Origin: Candidatus Moranbacteria bacterium GW2011_GWF2_35_54 | GTDB taxonomy: Bacteria; Patescibacteriota; Minisyncoccia; Moranbacterales; UBA9337 | DNA: 41,939 bases | Direction of reading: 5' to 3' | Assembly: GCA_000990945.1 (NCBI GenBank) | Contig: LBQR01000029.1 | Coordinates: 1-41,939 of the forward strand | In this document: positions 37,601-41,939 of the stretch, one piece after another | How positions within the stretch are numbered: position 1 is the first letter of the stretch | How the letters are laid out: each line of letters opens with the position of its first letter | Made by a program: the position numbers and the translations under genes | The notes under the pieces: model-generated | What the model was told of the DNA's origin: nothing | Seen by the model: the letters and a program-made list of their open reading frames with translations, nothing else | Database searches by the model: none

Positions 37601-38302
37601 ATGTCTGGAGAAGTTATATTAATTATATTCCAAGTAGCAATATTAATAATGTCAGTGGTTATCCATGAAGTGGCGCATGGAGTGATGGCGCTTAAGTTAG
37701 GCGACCCGACAGCTAAATATGCGGGCAGATTGACACTAAATCCAATTAATCATTTTGATTTATGGGGATCATTTATCGTGCCATTTTTTATGATAATAAC
37801 TTTTAATTTCGGTTTCGGCTGGGCCAAGCCGGTGCCCTATAATCCTTATAATCTGAGAGATCAAAAAAAAGGACCAGCCTGGGTGGCGTTGGCAGGACCA
37901 GCTTCCAACATAATAACTGCAATAATTTTTGCTATTGGCGCCAAGTTTATCCCGCTTAGTTATTCGAGCAAGTTGGACATAGCTAGTAATATGTTTAATT
38001 TTAATGAGCTAGGCATTCTTCTTTCAGGATCGTTTGCGGCTATATTTTTTTGGTTGTTTGTGATGATTTTGACTATTAATGTTTTTCTGGCAGTTTTTAA
38101 TCTGATTCCTATTCCGCCGCTAGACGGTTCTAAATTATTGTTTGCTTTTACCAATATAAGCGAACAGAAAAAAATGGCTATGGAGCAATACGGATTTATT
38201 GTTTTATTATTTTTCATATTTTTTCTTTCCGCTCCTTTGGGTTACTTTTTGAGTTTTATTTTGTCTTTATTTTTCAAATATATTGTCGGTATAACAATTT
38301 AG
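37601..38302 (+). CDS. Site-2 protease (peptidase M50)
   Basis: HEVAH, AGPASN, NLIPIPPLDG. Confidence 0.95.
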   Translation: MSGEVILIIFQVAILIMSVVIHEVAHGVMALKLGDPTAKYAGRLTLNPINHFDLWGSFIVPFFMIITFNFGFGWAKPVPYNPYNLRDQKKGPAWVALAGPASNIITAIIFAIGAKFIPLSYSSKLDIASNMFNFNELGILLSGSFAAIFFWLFVMILTINVFLAVFNLIPIPPLDGSKLLFAFTNISEQKKMAMEQYGFIVLLFFIFFLSAPLGYFLSFILSLFFKYIVGITI

Positions 38303-38444
38303 ATTAGGAATTTGAGAATGTAGAAATGTAGGAATTTGAGAATATAGGAATGTATGAATTTAAGAATGGAAGAATTTTAAAATTGTAATGCAGTCTATGT
38401 GCAGGTTTCGCAGTAGTTTTAACTATTAGAATTTAATAAAGAAT

Positions 38445-39398
38445 ATGCAAGAAGTTAATCAAGAAAATAAAATAAAAATTTCAGTAGTGGTCCCGATTTA
38501 TAATGAAGAAGGAAATGTTAAAGAACTGCATAGCCGAATTTTTGAAGAATGCCAAAAGTTAGGAAAAAGTTTTGAAATAATTTTTATTGACGATGGTTCT
38601 AAGGACAGAACAGCAGAGATGTGCGAAAAACTTAGCCCCCTAAAATTGATTAAATTTCGCAAAAATTATGGACAAACGGCTGCCTTTGATGCTGGCTTTC
38701 AAGAGGCTAAGGGCGAAGTGATAATAACGATGGATGGAGATTTGCAAAACGACCCGGCTGATATGGGCAAGTTATTGGAAAAAATAGAAGAGGGATATGA
38801 TGTGGTTAGTGGTTGGCGGCACAAACGCAAAGATTCACTGAGCAAAAAAATATTTTCTCGAGGGGCCAATCTTCTTCGCAAAATTCTTATTGAAGATAAT
38901 ATCCATGATAGCGGTTGCAGCCTCAAAGCTTATAAGCGGGAATGCTTCAATGATCTGGAGCTTTTTGGAGAGATGCATCGTTTCATCCCGGCTCTTTTGG
39001 AAATGGATGGATTTAAAGTGGCGGAAGTAAAAGTCTCTCACCATCACCGAATTCATGGAGTGACTAAATATAATTGGAAGAGAGCTTTTAAGGGATTTGT
39101 GGATATGGTTTCAATTTGGTTTTGGCGAAGATTTGCGGCTCGGCCATTGCATCTTTTTGGCGCTAGCGGAATGATCCTATCGATATTAGGAGGAGGAATT
39201 TTGGCTTGGATGTTTGTGGAAAAAGTTTTTCTAGGGGCATCTTTGCAAGAAAGAATTTGGCCGATAATTGGAGTAATGTTTGTCTTGGTGGGAGTACAAC
39301 TTTTTATCTCCGGACTTCTGGCGGATATTTTAATCAAAAATTATTTCAAGGCCAAAAACCATCGTGGATATTATATTAAAGAGATTAGCAATAACTAA
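38445..39398 (+). CDS. Glycosyltransferase family 2 (GtrB/ArnC-like)
   Basis: VVP.YNEE, DDGS.D, DGDLQ, two C-terminal TMs. Confidence 0.93.
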   Translation: MQEVNQENKIKISVVVPIYNEEGNVKELHSRIFEECQKLGKSFEIIFIDDGSKDRTAEMCEKLSPLKLIKFRKNYGQTAAFDAGFQEAKGEVIITMDGDLQNDPADMGKLLEKIEEGYDVVSGWRHKRKDSLSKKIFSRGANLLRKILIEDNIHDSGCSLKAYKRECFNDLELFGEMHRFIPALLEMDGFKVAEVKVSHHHRIHGVTKYNWKRAFKGFVDMVSIWFWRRFAARPLHLFGASGMILSILGGGILAWMFVEKVFLGASLQERIWPIIGVMFVLVGVQLFISGLLADILIKNYFKAKNHRGYYIKEISNN

Positions 39399-39509
39399 GA
39401 TTTGAGAAGTCAGGAATTTGAGAATTTAGGAACTACAAATGTGTGTATGACATAAATACTCCCTCTAATTTTGAGGGAGTTTTTTTTGGTTTTTTTGGGG
39501 TTTAAAATA

Positions 39510-39538
39510 TTGACAAAATAGCGTTTTTGGTGTATGAT
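39510..39538 (+). promoter_or_regulatory. Sigma70-type promoter
   Basis: TTGACA-N17-TATGAT with TG. Confidence 0.65.
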
Positions 39539-39589
39539 GTAAAGTTATGGAATTTTGGAGCGTTATTTAATTTAAACTCAACAATATAG

Positions 39590-39973
39590 GTGATGAATAT
39601 GAAAAAGTCCATGTTTTCAGCAGTATCTCGAATTTTCATTTGTTTATTTCTCGCGGTAATTTCCAGCGGTTGCGGGAAAAACGGTCCCCTGGGAGCGTTT
39701 AGCGCCTATACTGGGATCGGGTATCCCAGCGACAAAGAAATCGCTGAAAGCTTTGAAACGAGATGCCTGACGCTGGAAAGGTATGAAGATCGCGGGAAGT
39801 TTGCTCATTTCATGCAGTTTGAAGATGGATTTTATCTGCATGTAAACGATGCTCATTTGTATAAGGTGGGTAGATCATACCTGATGGAAGTCTCCCCATT
39901 TTTTGGCAAAAAAGGGATTGTGAGTTTCGATGAGCAAGTTGGGAAAACGCCCCCCAGAGCTTGTCGGAAATAA
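39590..39973 (+). CDS. Hypothetical lipoprotein-like protein
   Basis: Signal peptide ending in SSGC; own promoter and terminator (39998-40034). Confidence 0.65.
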   Translation: MMNMKKSMFSAVSRIFICLFLAVISSGCGKNGPLGAFSAYTGIGYPSDKEIAESFETRCLTLERYEDRGKFAHFMQFEDGFYLHVNDAHLYKVGRSYLMEVSPFFGKKGIVSFDEQVGKTPPRACRK

Positions 39974-40061
39974 AAGAGATGCGCAATGCGTGTCTCGAAA
40001 AAGGAGCTTGTCGAAATTTCGATAGCTCCTTTTTAAATTTGATAAAAAATGGTAAGATAAA

Positions 40062-40153
40062 ATACATAAAACACATAACATGAAGCATATGTACAATTTA
40101 TATATTGTTTGTTTTATGTTGTATGCTATATGCTCCATGTTTTATGTTCTATG
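40062..40153. repeat. Inverted heptamer-array element (AAACATA / TATGTT)
   Basis: Left and reverse-complement units; related array at 18824-18856. Confidence 0.65.
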
Positions 40154-40161
40154 AATAATTT

Positions 40162-41113
40162 ATGAAATTTGATATTATCACAATTTTTCCTAAAATCTTT
40201 GATTCATATTTTAATGAGTCTATCTTGGGGCGGGCGCAAAAGAAAAATTTAATCCAAATAAATATTCATAATTTAAGAGATTACACTACGGATAAACATC
40301 AAACCGTAGATGATACTCCTTATGGCGGAGGGGCGGGGATGGTATTAAAAATTGAACCAATTTGGAGATGCGTTCAATTTTTAAAATCTCAAATTCCAAA
40401 TTACAAATTACAAAACACCCCCTCTGCCTTTCAGGCATCTCCCCCTTTTATTTTCGGCCAAGGGAAAAAAATATACTCAAAGCGACGCACAAAGATTGTC
40501 TAAATATGAAAATTTAATTATGATTTGCGGACGTTATGAGGGAGTAGATGAGCGAGTAGCAGAGCATATTATTGATGAAGAATTTTCTATTGGAGAATAT
40601 GTTTTAACTGGTGGAGAAATTCCTGCAATGGTGCTAGTAGATTCAGTTAGTCGACTCTTGCCGGAAGTTTTGGGGAATAAAGAATCATTGGCAGAAGAAA
40701 GCTTTAACATTAGTTCAGAGTTACTGGTCAACAGTTCGCAGACAAAAGAAGATCGGAATAGCTCAGAGTTACTGGTCAACAGTTCACAGACAAAAGAAGA
40801 TCGGAATAGCTCAGAGTTACTGGTCAACAGTTCACAGACAAAAGAAGATCAGAATAGTTCAGAGTTACTGGTCAACAGTTCGCAGACAAAAGAAGATCAG
40901 AATAGTTCAGAGTTCGCAGTTGACAGTTCGGGGAATAGTTCACAGCTCACAGTCAACAGTTCACAGACGGAAGGAAATAATTCAAAATTCTCCAAGGAGT
41001 ATCCTCATTACACCAAGCCGGAAGAGTTTAACGGCTGGAAAGTTCCAGAAGTATTACTTAGCGGTAATCATAAAGAGATTGAGAAATGGAGAAAGGAAAA
41101 CGCTAGCGCGTAA
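40162..41113 (+). CDS. trmD: tRNA (guanine-N1)-methyltransferase with repeat insertions and a frame break near 40447
   Basis: [12 protein letters not shown]; [43 protein letters not shown] in frame 2. Confidence 0.93.
40711..40968 (+). repeat. 48-bp tandem repeat (4 full copies plus degenerate ones) inside trmD
   Basis: Units start at 40711, 40759, 40807, 40855, 40903; encode [14 protein letters not shown][R/Q]N. Confidence 0.95.
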
Positions 41114-41142
41114 ATTTCAAAGTCCAAATTACAAATGTCAAA

Positions 41143-41162
41143 CCTGCCTGCCGGCAGGCAGG
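41143..41162. repeat. Mini-palindrome CCTGCCTGCCGGCAGGCAGG in a CAAAT heptamer array
   Basis: Perfect 20-bp palindrome. Confidence 0.85.
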
Positions 41163-41261
41163 TAAAATCTAAATTTTAAAATATTTAAAATTAAAAAATA
41201 AAAGTTAAAACATTAAGATTTGAATCGAAATTCAAAATTCGTAATTCAAAATTATAAAAAA

Positions 41262-41939
41262 TTGGGTAAAAAAGAAACAAAACAAATAGACAAAACTTTA
41301 TTATCGATAATATTAATGTTATCTGTTTTTGGCTTGATGATGATTTCTAGCGCCAGTGTCTTGTATTCTCAGACTAGATTTAATGATCCAAATTATTTTT
41401 TATCGCATCAATTCATATATGGGTTCTTGCCCGGGATTTTAGTGCTGTATATTTTTAGTCGCATCGATTATCATTTCTGGAGAAAGTTTGCTGTACCTTT
41501 TTTTATTATTTCAATAGTAGCTTTGATTTTAGTTTTTATTCCGCAGATAGGAAAAAATATTTATGGAGCCAGCCGTTGGATAAATTTGGGGCCGATTTCT
41601 TTTCAACCTTCAGAAATGGCTAAGCTTTCTATAATTTTATATTTAGCTGCTTGGTTAACCAGCAAAGGAAAAGAAGGAGTGCGGGATATTTATGAAGGGA
41701 TGCTTCCGTTTTTGGGAATTTTGGCGGTGATGAGTTTCCTAATTATCAAGCAACCAGATACGGGAACATTGGCGGTAGTTATTTTAATTTCAGTGGTGAT
41801 GTTTTTTATTTCAGGCGCTAATCTATCGCATATTTGGGGAATTTTTTTGGGCGGAAGTGTTATATTGGCAGGACTAATTGCCGTGGCGCCCTATCGATTA
41901 AATAGAATATTGGTTTTTCTTAATCCCGAGCATGATCCT
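41262..41939 (+). CDS. ftsW: FtsW/RodA SEDS protein (3' truncated by the window edge)
   Basis: Manual translation from TTG 41262: FGLMMISSAS, GASRWINLG..SFQPSE.AK, KQPD.GT, APYR..R. Confidence 0.9.
   Translation, partial: MGKKETKQIDKTLLSIILMLSVFGLMMISSASVLYSQTRFNDPNYFLSHQFIYGFLPGILVLYIFSRIDYHFWRKFAVPFFIISIVALILVFIPQIGKNIYGASRWINLGPISFQPSEMAKLSIILYLAAWLTSKGKEGVRDIYEGMLPFLGILAVMSFLIIKQPDTGTLAVVILISVVMFFISGANLSHIWGIFLGGSVILAGLIAVAPYRLNRILVFLNPEHDP

Noticed and set aside
40711-40968. CRISPR array
   Set aside because: Head-to-tail repeats without unique spacers, in frame within trmD; no cas genes in the window

Overview
AT-rich bacterial chromosome segment. Gene content and style (secE-nusG-rplK...rplA, short HrcA, mreBCD-mrdA, core genes lacking Shine-Dalgarno sites) suggest a Patescibacteria/CPR (Parcubacteria-like) genome, probably metagenome-assembled; this is inference. 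The coding content is mostly housekeeping: uracil-DNA glycosylase, secE, nusG, rplK, rplA, RNase HI, a MacAB-like ABC exporter, argS, an aminotransferase, CIRCE-hrcA-(NUDIX-GrpE fusion)-dnaK, mreBCD-mrdA, a polyprenyl synthase, ispG, rpmB, a site-2 protease, a GT2, trmD and partial ftsW, plus an accessory patch at about 23.6-29.7 kb. The most striking signal is non-coding. Almost every intergenic gap holds nested repeat elements: (i) 75-180 bp double-hairpin palindromes of three sequence families that share an invariant, oriented G-AGTA-C loop on covarying stems (18 exact copies); (ii) inverted arrays of 7/8/9-mers, one bracketing a four-helix-bundle (Avd/IVP-like) gene and others empty; (iii) 16-30 bp mini-palindromes inserted into both. 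Some of these have entered coding sequence in frame (trmD, dnaK). Also found: a candidate antisense sRNA between grpE and dnaK, an unlisted 53-aa histone-H1-like protein, an unlisted Zn-ribbon microprotein, an IS5-type MITE at the mreB promoter, a duplicated gene 3' end, and several short deletions in conserved genes that are probably assembly errors.
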